Shown: piece by piece, positions 46,284 to 55,711 of the stretch
Layout of the letters: each line of letters begins with the position of its first letter
Position numbering within the stretch: the stretch's first letter is position 1
Virus record (IMG/VR): IMGVR_UViG_3300031413_000570
DNA: 56,089 bases
DNA from: a virus
Lineage: Duplodnaviria > Heunggongvirae > Uroviricota > Caudoviricetes
Direction: 5' to 3' (one strand)
The notes under the pieces: generated by a model
Databases searched by the model: none
Told to the model about the DNA's origin: nothing
The model's input: only the letters and a program-made list of their open reading frames with translations
Position numbers and translations under genes: made by a program

Positions 46284-47198
46284 ATGAGCAAAGGTATCAA
46301 ACAATCAGACGGCACAATGTGCTATGCAAAGAACCCTGCAACTTGTCGTAAACACAAACAGCAGCAGCCAGCTAAAACTCCAGGTGAAATTTTCGAAGCA
46401 GCCATGCAACGCCGGCTCAAAGGCACCAGTATGGAAGCCCAGATCATGTACACCAGACACATGTACAAGACTTTGCAAGAAAACTACACGGCTGAACCTT
46501 TGACTGAAACAATTGCCGGTTATCGTGATTACAGTGCTGCCTCTGTGGAAGCCTTACAGAAATACAACGAAGAGTACCTAAAAGTGTCACAGAACTGGTC
46601 TGATGAACAGAAAACAGCTGTTCGAGACTACACTGGTCTTACTTACAAGTCAGTGAATGAGTTTCTTCGAGATGAGAAGAAATGGGAAGCTGAAGTCAAA
46701 CCTCAGTACAAAGCTGCCCAGACTAAGATGATTAGCGAAACCATCCACCATCTGGACGCACTTTTTGAGGAAGCGAAACCCACAGGACCTCGAACCGTTT
46801 ACCGCACTGTCGGCCAAAGTACGACAAAAACTTTTACTTCCTCTGAAGACTTAGCTAAAGCCCAAGGTTGGGTTGAAGGCGAAACTGTTGAATTCTCTTC
46901 CTACCTTTCAACAACAACTGATGCACATTTAGTTCCTCAGAGAATTCACCAGGATGAAGACGAACACACTGATGTGGTGTTTGTCATTCAAACCAAACAA
47001 GGCGTTCCTGTGGATGTCACTGTTCTGGATAAAACGAAACATTCTTTCACTCAAGATTCTGAACGTGAAATCCTTTTGCCTCGCGGGATGAAATTCCAGG
47101 TAGAGAGAGTGACTCGCTCTGTTGGATTCGAACCTAACCCTGATGGTCGCAATGACAGGACTATCCAACCTTTGACTATCTTTTTGACAGAAAAATAG
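46284..47198 (+). CDS. VIP2/Alt-like ADP-ribosyltransferase (R-S-E clade)
   Basis: DYTGLTYKSVNEFLR, TVYRTV, YLSTT, SEREILLPRG. Confidence 0.85.
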   Translation: MSKGIKQSDGTMCYAKNPATCRKHKQQQPAKTPGEIFEAAMQRRLKGTSMEAQIMYTRHMYKTLQENYTAEPLTETIAGYRDYSAASVEALQKYNEEYLKVSQNWSDEQKTAVRDYTGLTYKSVNEFLRDEKKWEAEVKPQYKAAQTKMISETIHHLDALFEEAKPTGPRTVYRTVGQSTTKTFTSSEDLAKAQGWVEGETVEFSSYLSTTTDAHLVPQRIHQDEDEHTDVVFVIQTKQGVPVDVTVLDKTKHSFTQDSEREILLPRGMKFQVERVTRSVGFEPNPDGRNDRTIQPLTIFLTEK

Positions 47199-47230
47199 AG
47201 TCAACCCTCGTCTATTAAGGTTGACCCTAC
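47196..47230. terminator. Bidirectional terminator
   Basis: 13-bp stem with one mismatch between convergent genes. Confidence 0.6.
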
Positions 47231-47249
47231 TTCTCAGTTACTCAGTTGC

Positions 47250-48164
47250 TTAGTTCACTTTTTCAATTGTTACATCATCGATGTAGATTGAAACACCATT
47301 AGTGTTTCCTGAGGCTCTTGTTGCAAGGAACCCAATACTCCCTGAAGCCGCAGTGAATTCCGCAGTCACTTTTGTCCATTGGCCTGTCTGTGGAGTAGTG
47401 TAGGTAGGAACAGCATTAGCTTCATTGGAAACAATACCAAATTTTGCTACATTTGCATTGCCCGTATGCATCCATGCAGTAACACGATAAGTGCTACCTG
47501 GTGCCATTTCTGGGAAGTTTATCTTTGCTCCCCAGCTGACATTGTTAACATTGTTGAAATCTGCTTTAACTGAAGTGGTACCGCCACGAGGCATTGCGGT
47601 TGAATATGAGACAACACTGTTTGAATATATAGCCAAAGCTGGTCGGGTTGTCTCAAAGTCATAAGAGCTGACAGAAGAATATACTGGTCCAGTTGGAGGA
47701 TTTGTTGTGGGAGGGGTAGTTGTTGGAGGAACAGAGAAGCAATCAGTACCTGTAGTATCAACAACAGGTGTTTTATTCGCATTAGTAGCTTTGAAAATTT
47801 TACCTGAAGCAGACTTCACATATGCAGTGTAATTATTAGCATCAACAGAAGCAACACAATACACTGCACTGTTTTCAACTAAAAGACCAGCTGATGCAAG
47901 TTCTACAGAAGTGGCGAAGCTGTTTTTCTTCCCATTAGTCAAATCAGTCGAAGGGTCAGAAGATAGACCAAAGAACGCATTTTCAGCAGTATGAACAGAT
48001 TCTAACTGCTGTTTAGCAGCTTTATCCTGAGACCAGGGAATGACGGCGAAAACAGTAGCAGCAATAACGCCACCAATCAAACCAATGATGATGACACCCA
48101 CCATAATGGAGGCTAAGTCGATAGCAGCTTTAGAGGACTGCAAGGCCTTACTGAGGGCAAGCAT
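47250..48164 (-). CDS. Type IV pilin-like protein with a CBM-like domain (paralog 6)
   Basis: SSKAAIDLASIMVG; YDFE...GSTYRVTAWMH...IDDVTIEKVN. Confidence 0.78.
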   Translation of the reverse strand: MLALSKALQSSKAAIDLASIMVGVIIIGLIGGVIAATVFAVIPWSQDKAAKQQLESVHTAENAFFGLSSDPSTDLTNGKKNSFATSVELASAGLLVENSAVYCVASVDANNYTAYVKSASGKIFKATNANKTPVVDTTGTDCFSVPPTTTPPTTNPPTGPVYSSVSSYDFETTRPALAIYSNSVVSYSTAMPRGGTTSVKADFNNVNNVSWGAKINFPEMAPGSTYRVTAWMHTGNANVAKFGIVSNEANAVPTYTTPQTGQWTKVTAEFTAASGSIGFLATRASGNTNGVSIYIDDVTIEKVN

Positions 48165-48280
48165 GGAGTATTCTTTCGTTAGGGGATTTGACCTTTAGGT
48201 CTTGTATTATAGTTATCAGTAAAATTATTTTGAGAAGCAAAAGACTCCTACAGGTCTCTACTACGGTTATCTGCACAAGC

Positions 48281-48319
48281 AAGAAGCCTCCACATTGTCG
48301 GGGGCTGTGGAGGCTTCTT
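48281..48319 (-). terminator. Terminator
   Basis: 14-bp stem AAGAAGCCTCCACA/TGTGGAGGCTTCTT. Confidence 0.65.
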
Positions 48320-48404
48320 AGGTTGGGGGAAATTTAGTTAGTGTTATAACTACACACTATTATCGTCCCAGTTTGCTGTTTTGTCCGCATTAAGGAGGAC
48401 ATTT

Positions 48405-50054
48405 TTATCTGAATCGTGGTAATTCAGCTGGAATCATAGGGTTTCCGTTAGAGAAACCGACACGGGAACTCACTTTCTGTACATTCCAGTTGCTCAAATT
48501 CTGCTTGAACACTGTCGCATGTTCGAACATTGACTGCATGTTCACAACGTTGAAAGTAGTCCAACCGGTGATGTCCTGGTTGAATACATTATTGTTGCTG
48601 AACATGAAGCTCAAGTTAGTTGCATTCCTCATGTCCCAGTTCAAAGGCTGGTTGAAAGCCTTAGCCTGGTTGAACATTCCAGAGAAGTTAGTACCGTTCG
48701 TAACAACCCATTTACCAATAGGCTGGTTGAAAGAAGTCGTACCGAAGAACATTGCATTGTAGTTCTTCACAGCTGTAACATTCCATCCGCTGATGTCATG
48801 ATTGAACCCAGTGTTCTGGAACATTGAACCCATGTCTTCGACTTTTGCAGTGTTCCAACCAGTAATATCCTGAGTGAAGCTGGTGTCAGCAAACATGAAA
48901 CTCATGTCTTTAGCTGCAGAAGTATCCCAATTCCCAATAGGCTGATTGAAAGCTTTGTTCAAGTAGAACATGTTAGAGAAGTTGTCTACTTTTGTTGTCT
49001 TCCAAGAACTCAAAGGCTGGTTATAATTCGTTCTGTTGAACGTACCATTCATGTTAGTAACAGCTGAAGTATCCCAAGAACTCAAATCCTGGTTAAATGA
49101 TGTTGCACCGTAGAACAAATCGTTCATGGAAGTCACACCAGGAAGGAAAGCAGTAGGAACAGAAGTCAAGTTAGTTGCATTGCGGAACGCACCAGCAACT
49201 TTCTGAATTCCAGCACCTGTACCCCATTCATCAACTGAACGCAAACAAGAAGCTGAAGCTGCAGTTACATGGTTAGAATAAAGCTCACGCACTGTTCCTT
49301 CAAACACAACAGTATAAGTAATACCAGGAGCAACTGTACGTGTAGCAGAAAGGTTGTTGTTGAAATAACGAGCACCAGTAGTGTCAGTTACATAACCATC
49401 AGGATGGTAAACTTCAGTTTTCCCATCACTCCATGTTGTTGTTCCCACAGGGAAGAACAATGGCAGCTGCATTGTAGTCACGCCGGCAGGGCAGTTCAAA
49501 GTCATAGCAACACGACCAGAAGTTGCTGGAGGAGTCACAACAGGTTCTGTAGTTCCAGGGTTAGTCGTACCAGGGTCGACTGTGCCTGGGTCTGTAGTTC
49601 CAGGGTTAGTGCTATCACCAAAAACACAAGGAGAAGTAGTAGTTACCACAGGAGTTTTAGCTTTGTTAGAAGCAGTCCAAATGCGACCAGTAGCTGACTT
49701 AGAGTAAGCGTTATAATCCTGACCATCAGGAGTCATCACAGCACAATAAGTGGGTCCTTCAATAAGAAGGTTATTCCGTGCTAACAAATCAGAGTTGGTG
49801 AATGTATTCCTTTGAACCGTATTGCCTAACAGCGTGTAGCTTGGATCAGCACTCAAACCATAGTAAGCATTCTCAGCTGTATGAATGGACTCCAACTGAT
49901 GCTTAGCAGCTTTATCCTGAGACCAAGGGATAACAGCAAAAACAGTAGCGGCAATAACGCCACCAATAAGGCCAATGATAATGACACCAACCATGATGGA
50001 AGCCAGGTCAATGGCGGCTCTGGAAGACCTCAGAGCATTAGATATTTTCAACAT
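48405..50054 (-). CDS. Type IV pilin-like protein with 9 DUF285/BspA-like repeats (paralog 7)
   Basis: SSRAAIDLASIMVG; (TTDPG/TVDPG/TTNPG) linker; FNQ.I..W repeats. Confidence 0.8.
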   Translation of the reverse strand: MLKISNALRSSRAAIDLASIMVGVIIIGLIGGVIAATVFAVIPWSQDKAAKHQLESIHTAENAYYGLSADPSYTLLGNTVQRNTFTNSDLLARNNLLIEGPTYCAVMTPDGQDYNAYSKSATGRIWTASNKAKTPVVTTTSPCVFGDSTNPGTTDPGTVDPGTTNPGTTEPVVTPPATSGRVAMTLNCPAGVTTMQLPLFFPVGTTTWSDGKTEVYHPDGYVTDTTGARYFNNNLSATRTVAPGITYTVVFEGTVRELYSNHVTAASASCLRSVDEWGTGAGIQKVAGAFRNATNLTSVPTAFLPGVTSMNDLFYGATSFNQDLSSWDTSAVTNMNGTFNRTNYNQPLSSWKTTKVDNFSNMFYLNKAFNQPIGNWDTSAAKDMSFMFADTSFTQDITGWNTAKVEDMGSMFQNTGFNHDISGWNVTAVKNYNAMFFGTTSFNQPIGKWVVTNGTNFSGMFNQAKAFNQPLNWDMRNATNLSFMFSNNNVFNQDITGWTTFNVVNMQSMFEHATVFKQNLSNWNVQKVSSRVGFSNGNPMIPAELPRFR

Positions 50055-50153
50055 ATGTTGCTTTCAGTTAGGAAACGGCAGTGAATTTGACGGGAATTCA
50101 CTAAACATTATCGGTTAACTAATAACTAACAGTATGAAATAACAACACCTATG

Positions 50154-51158
50154 CTACAAGATAACAACCTGTTTACATAACTCTTTAGTAACAGCCTCCA
50201 CCATGGGAACACAAATACTGTTACCAATACGAGCCCAACGTTCACCCACAGGACCCACCAGCTGATAATCATCAGGGTAACCGAACAGCTTCAAACCCTC
50301 AACCAAAGTCAGCTTACGAACCCCATAAGAACCATCCTGACGCTGCGTATGAATGAAATACCGACCAGATTTCTCACCAGCAGACAAAGTAGGATGAGTA
50401 CCCAAATCTGAATAGATGCGGTTAGGCTGCTTATGAGTACGAGAATGATGGATGTTGCCTTCAATCACACCAGCAACCCTGAAGTTCTTGTTCCTGTACC
50501 CCACAAAACGCAAACCAGAACGTTTCTGTGTCCCCACCAAAGACTCATCCAGCAATGTGTACTCAGACTCATCCAACCAATCAAACTGGTCATCCGGTGC
50601 AACCTCAAGGATGTCCTTGATAGCCTTCCGAGGCTGCACAGGAACCTGAGCGAAATCAAACGACGGACCATCCAAAACACCAACAATCAAAATACGTTCC
50701 CGGTTCTGAGGGACCCCAAAATCAGCAGCATTCAACACCTGAGAAGAAACAGCATAACCCAAATCCTCCAAAGCAGCCACAATAGTCTTCAGAGTGTTAC
50801 CACCATCATGAGTGGCAAGGTTACGAACATTCTCCAGAAACACAACCTTAGGCTTCTTCTCCAACAAAATACGACAAATGTCGAAGAACAAAGTACCCCG
50901 AGTGTCTTCAAAGCCCAACATCCGGCCAGCACGAGAGAACGGCTGACAAGGGAACCCGCCACACAGCATGTCAAACTCCTGCAGCTCAGCAGGAACAATC
51001 TCAGTCACATCCCCAAAAGAAGACTCCCCGAAATTCACTTCATACACTTCAGCAGCATGCTTGTTGTTATCAGAAGAATGAACACAAGAAAAACCATTGC
51101 GTTCCAGACCAAGCCTGAAACCACCCAGCCCAGCAAAAAGATCAATAAAAGAAGCCAT
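50154..51158 (-). CDS. DNA (cytosine-5)-methyltransferase
   Basis: FIDLFAGLGG, GGFPCQPFS, ENV, QNRERI, GNS; ATG at 51158 is 9 nt after CCGATA. Confidence 0.95.
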   Translation of the reverse strand: MASFIDLFAGLGGFRLGLERNGFSCVHSSDNNKHAAEVYEVNFGESSFGDVTEIVPAELQEFDMLCGGFPCQPFSRAGRMLGFEDTRGTLFFDICRILLEKKPKVVFLENVRNLATHDGGNTLKTIVAALEDLGYAVSSQVLNAADFGVPQNRERILIVGVLDGPSFDFAQVPVQPRKAIKDILEVAPDDQFDWLDESEYTLLDESLVGTQKRSGLRFVGYRNKNFRVAGVIEGNIHHSRTHKQPNRIYSDLGTHPTLSAGEKSGRYFIHTQRQDGSYGVRKLTLVEGLKLFGYPDDYQLVGPVGERWARIGNSICVPMVEAVTKELCKQVVIL

Positions 51159-51209
51159 ACCCAACCCTATCGGATTTTCAGTATGGCTTCCCTTATATGA
51201 AACAAAGAA

Positions 51210-51950
51210 TCAATGACGCAACACTGCTGGACGGTTAGCAAAACTCATGCGACCCGTAGGAACACGCTCCACATACTCCTGAACCTCAGGCTTGATAGGA
51301 GTCACCGGGGCAATAGCAGAAGCAGAGCTGTAATCCTTATGAGGCTTCAAGCACATAGTAGCAAACTGTTTCACAGCAGCCCAAGCTGGTTCCTTCAAAT
51401 CCTCAGCCTCGCTCATCTCCTTACGAATCAAAGACATGATGTTATCCAACGAAGCAACTTTGTAACGCCCGTTCTCGCTCCAGGTTTTCACTTCGTCCCT
51501 TGAAATGGCAAGGATTGCTTGAACTTTGCGGTTAGGGAACTGGTTTTGGTAATGAACAACCTTTTGGAACACGTTGGAATCGTCAACACGACGACCTTTA
51601 CCTTTGCCGTAGGAAGCTGTCAGTACACCTTCACGGTTCACTTTGTATGAAGTGTAACCGGAGAACGCTTTTGTTTCAACAAGGATGATTCGGTCTTTGT
51701 ACACAAGCACATGGTCAATTTCACCGCGAGTGTTGTCAATGAAACCGACAGAGTGGCAAATGTAGGCGCCTGGTGTTTCGATGGCGATGAGGTTCAGGAT
51801 GCTACCGATAATTTCTTCACCGTAAGCACCTTTGGCGTTGTTCAAGTTGGACGAATGTTTCGTCTGGCTCGCCGCAGGCAACCCATAAATTTTGTTGTCC
51901 GCCAGGCGGAGCTCAGCAACTTCATGGCTTGTGTAGTAGCGGTTCAGCAA
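51210..51950 (-). CDS. NERD-domain protein
   Basis: KGAYGEE...GEIDHVLV...ILVETK. Confidence 0.75.
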   Translation of the reverse strand: MLNRYYTSHEVAELRLADNKIYGLPAASQTKHSSNLNNAKGAYGEEIIGSILNLIAIETPGAYICHSVGFIDNTRGEIDHVLVYKDRIILVETKAFSGYTSYKVNREGVLTASYGKGKGRRVDDSNVFQKVVHYQNQFPNRKVQAILAISRDEVKTWSENGRYKVASLDNIMSLIRKEMSEAEDLKEPAWAAVKQFATMCLKPHKDYSSASAIAPVTPIKPEVQEYVERVPTGRMSFANRPAVLRH

Positions 51951-52058
51951 CTTTTTACACTGCTTCCTTGTAGATGTTCATAGTGTATTCCTATCGGTAG
52001 TAACTATAGTGCGTCCATAACAACAGTATCATCAAACGTTGAATGCTCTCAGACTGCG

Positions 52059-52313
52059 TTATTCCGTTATCGGTGGTGACAGTTCAGGGAACACAACAAG
52101 CTTGTCGAAATAAGCCATCAGAGCTTGTGCTTCGAAAGAGTTCTTCTTCATTATCACAGTGTAAAGATGACCGTCAGTGACTTTGAAGTCCGTGAGGACT
52201 CTCAGCTGGTCACGGATGATTTCCAAAGACACGATGCGGTCGAAGCGAAGGTAGAAAGATTGACCGTTGTTGCCGTTTATTTTGATGAATGGGGTATCTG
52301 GTTGGGTTGTCAT
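52059..52313 (-). CDS. Hypothetical protein
   Basis: ATGA overlap with the upstream endonuclease stop. Confidence 0.65.
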   Translation of the reverse strand: MTTQPDTPFIKINGNNGQSFYLRFDRIVSLEIIRDQLRVLTDFKVTDGHLYTVIMKKNSFEAQALMAYFDKLVVFPELSPPITE

Positions 52314-54226
52314 TTGAGTTCTTTTCTGTATCGTGTTTTGCCGGCGTCCCAGATGCGGGGGATGTTGTTCAGTAGAGCAAGCTCTCGTTCACTCAGATTT
52401 TCATCCCATAGAAGAGTCGGGTCGTCACGGAACTTTTTGAGTCGGTAACCGAATTTGTGTTTGCGTTCCCCTTTCACTACGTACATGTAGTCAGGTGGAA
52501 GTTCTTTATCTGCGACGAAACCGTTGTTCTCATACAGCCCGCCATCACTGATGGTGTGGTCAGCAAACGTAATGAAAGCAGAAGGCTGATAGACACGCTC
52601 GACATGCTTGAGGAGCTTTGTAAACCCGCCTGTAACGCTCCCAGCTGTCGCATAACGGATGATGTTCAGAGTGTTGTCACGTTCTTTACGCAACACCATC
52701 AATGCTCTTAGAACGCCGTTGGAGTCTTTCAGACCCAAGTAATAAGACCCTGCTGCAAAGCCTTGAACATGGTTTGAACTAAGGAATGTTCTTGCTTCTG
52801 CTGTAGTAACTTCAACCACGCGAGTCTTACGAGCATAAATTTGGGCTGAGACAGTTTCCAGTTCAGGATAAAGTCTGGCTAACTCTGAAGTTTTTCCTAA
52901 CTTATGAGCTAGAGCCCGAAGAATGACTGGCTTACGGTCACGCCAGTCATCTTCCCAGATTTGAACCAGGGTTATGCCCGCAGTCTTAGCTGCTTCATAC
53001 TTGTCTAAATGGGCGTCTCTCGATTTCCAATGTTCATTGTGGTAATAAATACCATTGAACTCAATAGCAAAATTCTTATCCGCAATGAACAAGTCAAGCT
53101 CTTTGCCTTTGAGTGCTGAACGATTGGATTGTTCGACAGACAGACCCAGAGCAGTCAGAAAATCGTAAAGTTCGTTTTCAGCTTTAGACACAAATGTAGA
53201 AGACCAGCATTTAGGACAGCCGTTACCAGCTACACGATTGTTAATGGCTGAAATCCATTCATGCGAACAGTCTGCTTGCCACCAAATTTTCTTCTCGCTA
53301 CCTCTACTATGAAAATCAGGTAAAAGTCCGTCATTTTTGTCAGGATGCCATTCGGCGGCTAACAAAGGATGGGTCACGTTCAAATCATTGAAACCAGGTA
53401 GGACCTTACGACCATCGCAGTAAGGACAATGGGGATTAGCTTTTTGCTTTACAACAGGTCTTTGCCAGCTGTGACCTTTGTCATCTTTCCACCAAATAGT
53501 CATCGTTGAACCTGACATTATGGTAGTAGGATCAAACTCGTTCTTTTCTATGTCCCAAAATGCCATTAGTTCAGGGTTGGATGCAACATCTGTCAGCCCT
53601 GCAATTGCTTGCTTTCCCGCACAATAAGGGCAATTACGAGGATTTGCAGATGTTCTACCATCTACCGTGGCTTTCCATTCATGACCTTGAGAGCATTCCC
53701 ACCAAATCTTTTTAGTTGAATGAGAACTAATTGAAGTCAGCTCTTTTGCCTCGTTTTTGGCGGTTGATACCTCTTCTACCAAATGGGGATGAGTAGTCAA
53801 AAAGTCGTTTACCCCAGGAATGACTTTCTTCCCCGAACAAACAGGACATCCACGGCCAGCAATACGGTGAGCAACTGTGCTTTCCCATACATGACGAGAA
53901 TCTTTACTGCATAACCACCAGGCTTTTGAGGTAGAACCAAAAGTGTAATCTGACTGAAGTTTGTGTCCATTCAAAGTAGGATGAAATTCTGCTGCAATGT
54001 CAGGATACACAGTGGCTAAGTCATTAAAACCTGGAAGAATCTTACGACCTGAACAAACTTGGCAACCATTTGAGTTGAGTAGTTCTCTAAACTTTTGGGA
54101 CCATTCATGTCCTCTAAGGCACCGCCAATGAACTACTTGGGTTGCATTATCGCCAAAGGAGCTGAACAGTCTTTGATTTTTTGAGTCGTCAAATAACTGT
54201 TCAGCTCCTTCACGAGATAAAGACAT
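52310..54226 (-). CDS. Zn-ribbon repeat endonuclease (paralog of 16279-18624)
   Basis: Five CP.C repeats; SKAENEL, ELDLFI, IEFNGIYYH, QIWEDDW; same Hef-like tail. Confidence 0.8.
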   Translation of the reverse strand: MSLSREGAEQLFDDSKNQRLFSSFGDNATQVVHWRCLRGHEWSQKFRELLNSNGCQVCSGRKILPGFNDLATVYPDIAAEFHPTLNGHKLQSDYTFGSTSKAWWLCSKDSRHVWESTVAHRIAGRGCPVCSGKKVIPGVNDFLTTHPHLVEEVSTAKNEAKELTSISSHSTKKIWWECSQGHEWKATVDGRTSANPRNCPYCAGKQAIAGLTDVASNPELMAFWDIEKNEFDPTTIMSGSTMTIWWKDDKGHSWQRPVVKQKANPHCPYCDGRKVLPGFNDLNVTHPLLAAEWHPDKNDGLLPDFHSRGSEKKIWWQADCSHEWISAINNRVAGNGCPKCWSSTFVSKAENELYDFLTALGLSVEQSNRSALKGKELDLFIADKNFAIEFNGIYYHNEHWKSRDAHLDKYEAAKTAGITLVQIWEDDWRDRKPVILRALAHKLGKTSELARLYPELETVSAQIYARKTRVVEVTTAEARTFLSSNHVQGFAAGSYYLGLKDSNGVLRALMVLRKERDNTLNIIRYATAGSVTGGFTKLLKHVERVYQPSAFITFADHTISDGGLYENNGFVADKELPPDYMYVVKGERKHKFGYRLKKFRDDPTLLWDENLSERELALLNNIPRIWDAGKTRYRKELK

Positions 54227-54252
54227 TGCTCATTCCTCAATCAGAGATGAAA

Positions 54253-55608
54253 TTACTTGAGTTCTTTTTTGACACGAGCAATCAAATCAGCAACAGTCTT
54301 CATCGATTTGTCATCAAACACCTGGTTGAATCCAAGACGCTGAGCTTCCTTCACTCGACGGTCAGCATAACGAGCAGCACGAACTTCTCCAGTCAAAGAA
54401 AGCTCACCGATGAACACACTATTCTTCACAGGAGGAACATCATAATAGGAAGAAATCAAAGCTGCAGCAATCGCAAGGTCAATGGAAGAATCCTTCACAG
54501 TCACACCTGCAGTCGTAGACACATAAACATCCTTGTCACCAATCTTCAAGCCTGCATATTTCTCCAGAATGGCCTGAATCATCAGGCTGCGACCGTGGTC
54601 AATTCCTGAACTGAGCTTCCTCGGATTCGGCAATGGACTGGGGGTGACAAGGGCCTGGACCTCGACGGGAATTGCTCTCATACCTTCAACCATGACGCTG
54701 GTTGCATAACCAGTTACACGGTCACCGTGAGGGGCAGTAAAGAACCCTGAAGGGTCTTTGATTTCTTCCAGCCCATTTTCGGTGTGTTGGAAACAACCAA
54801 TCTCATCAGTATTTCCGTAGCGGTTCTTAATTCCTCTCAACAGACGAAGTGGGGAGTCGGTGGAGGCTTCCAGGTAGAGTACAACGTCTACAAGGTGCTC
54901 TACAACTCGTGGACCAGCGATGCTGTCGTTTTTGGTGAGGTGTCCAATCATGAGGACTGGAATGTTGAGCTGTTTAGCAATTTGGGTGAATGTGTTAGCA
55001 ACTTCTGTTACCTGGCTTGGGGAACCAATGCGTCCTTCACTGTTTCCTGACAGCAACGTCTGGATGGAGTCAACGATGACAAGTTCTGGACGCAAGTCGT
55101 AGATGGTTTCTACTGCGTTGTCTGCGTTTGATTCTGACAGGATGTAGATGTTTTCGTCTATGGAACCAATTCGTTGTGAGCGTGAGGCAATCTGTGTTTC
55201 GTTTTCTTCACCTGAAACGTAGAGGACTGTTTTACCTTGTGATGCTACTCCTTGGGCTACTGCGCCGAGTACTGTTGATTTTCCTGAACCTGGTGCTCCT
55301 GCGAGCAGCATTGCTCCTCCGCCAACAATTCCTCCTCCGAGTACGCGGTCAAATTCTGAAATACCTGTGGAGAGCCGGTCTTTAACATCTTGTGCTTTGA
55401 TGTCTCTGACTCGTTTTGGTGTGGCGCCTGTTGTTGCTTTGCTGAGTCTGTCTGCTGCTGCCGGCTTGAGTGTGCTTGCTGCTGATTTTGTTGCTACTGG
55501 AACGGTTGATTCTTCTACTGTTCCCCATTCGCCGCATGCTTTGCAGGAACCCTGCCATTTTGGGTAGGTTGTTTTGCAGTTGGTGCATGCGTATAGTGTT
55601 TTAGCCAT
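54253..55608 (-). CDS. radA: DNA repair protein RadA/Sms
   Basis: C4 Zn finger (CTNC...CKAC), GAPGSGKS, VSGEE, VDSIQ, KNRYG, Lon-like C-terminal domain. Confidence 0.93.
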   Translation of the reverse strand: MAKTLYACTNCKTTYPKWQGSCKACGEWGTVEESTVPVATKSAASTLKPAAADRLSKATTGATPKRVRDIKAQDVKDRLSTGISEFDRVLGGGIVGGGAMLLAGAPGSGKSTVLGAVAQGVASQGKTVLYVSGEENETQIASRSQRIGSIDENIYILSESNADNAVETIYDLRPELVIVDSIQTLLSGNSEGRIGSPSQVTEVANTFTQIAKQLNIPVLMIGHLTKNDSIAGPRVVEHLVDVVLYLEASTDSPLRLLRGIKNRYGNTDEIGCFQHTENGLEEIKDPSGFFTAPHGDRVTGYATSVMVEGMRAIPVEVQALVTPSPLPNPRKLSSGIDHGRSLMIQAILEKYAGLKIGDKDVYVSTTAGVTVKDSSIDLAIAAALISSYYDVPPVKNSVFIGELSLTGEVRAARYADRRVKEAQRLGFNQVFDDKSMKTVADLIARVKKELK

Positions 55609-55711
55609 GTGTCTCTCTAGTTTCGTGGTGTTTTTGTTCTATTGGTTTAACGTTTGGGGTGGCAGTTTTTGTTCCTGTTTTTGCCAGAAAATCAAGCCTT
55701 TGACTGGTTGT

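Noticed and set aside
46193-46315. Longer N-terminus of pilin paralog 5 in the ORF track
   Set aside because: It overlaps the ART start and covers the CCGATA/RBS leader; paralog alignment puts the start at 46192.
14622-50054. DGR or shufflon mechanism for pilin diversity
   Set aside because: No reverse transcriptase, no adenine-specific TR/VR pair, no recombinase and no inverted crossover sites were seen.
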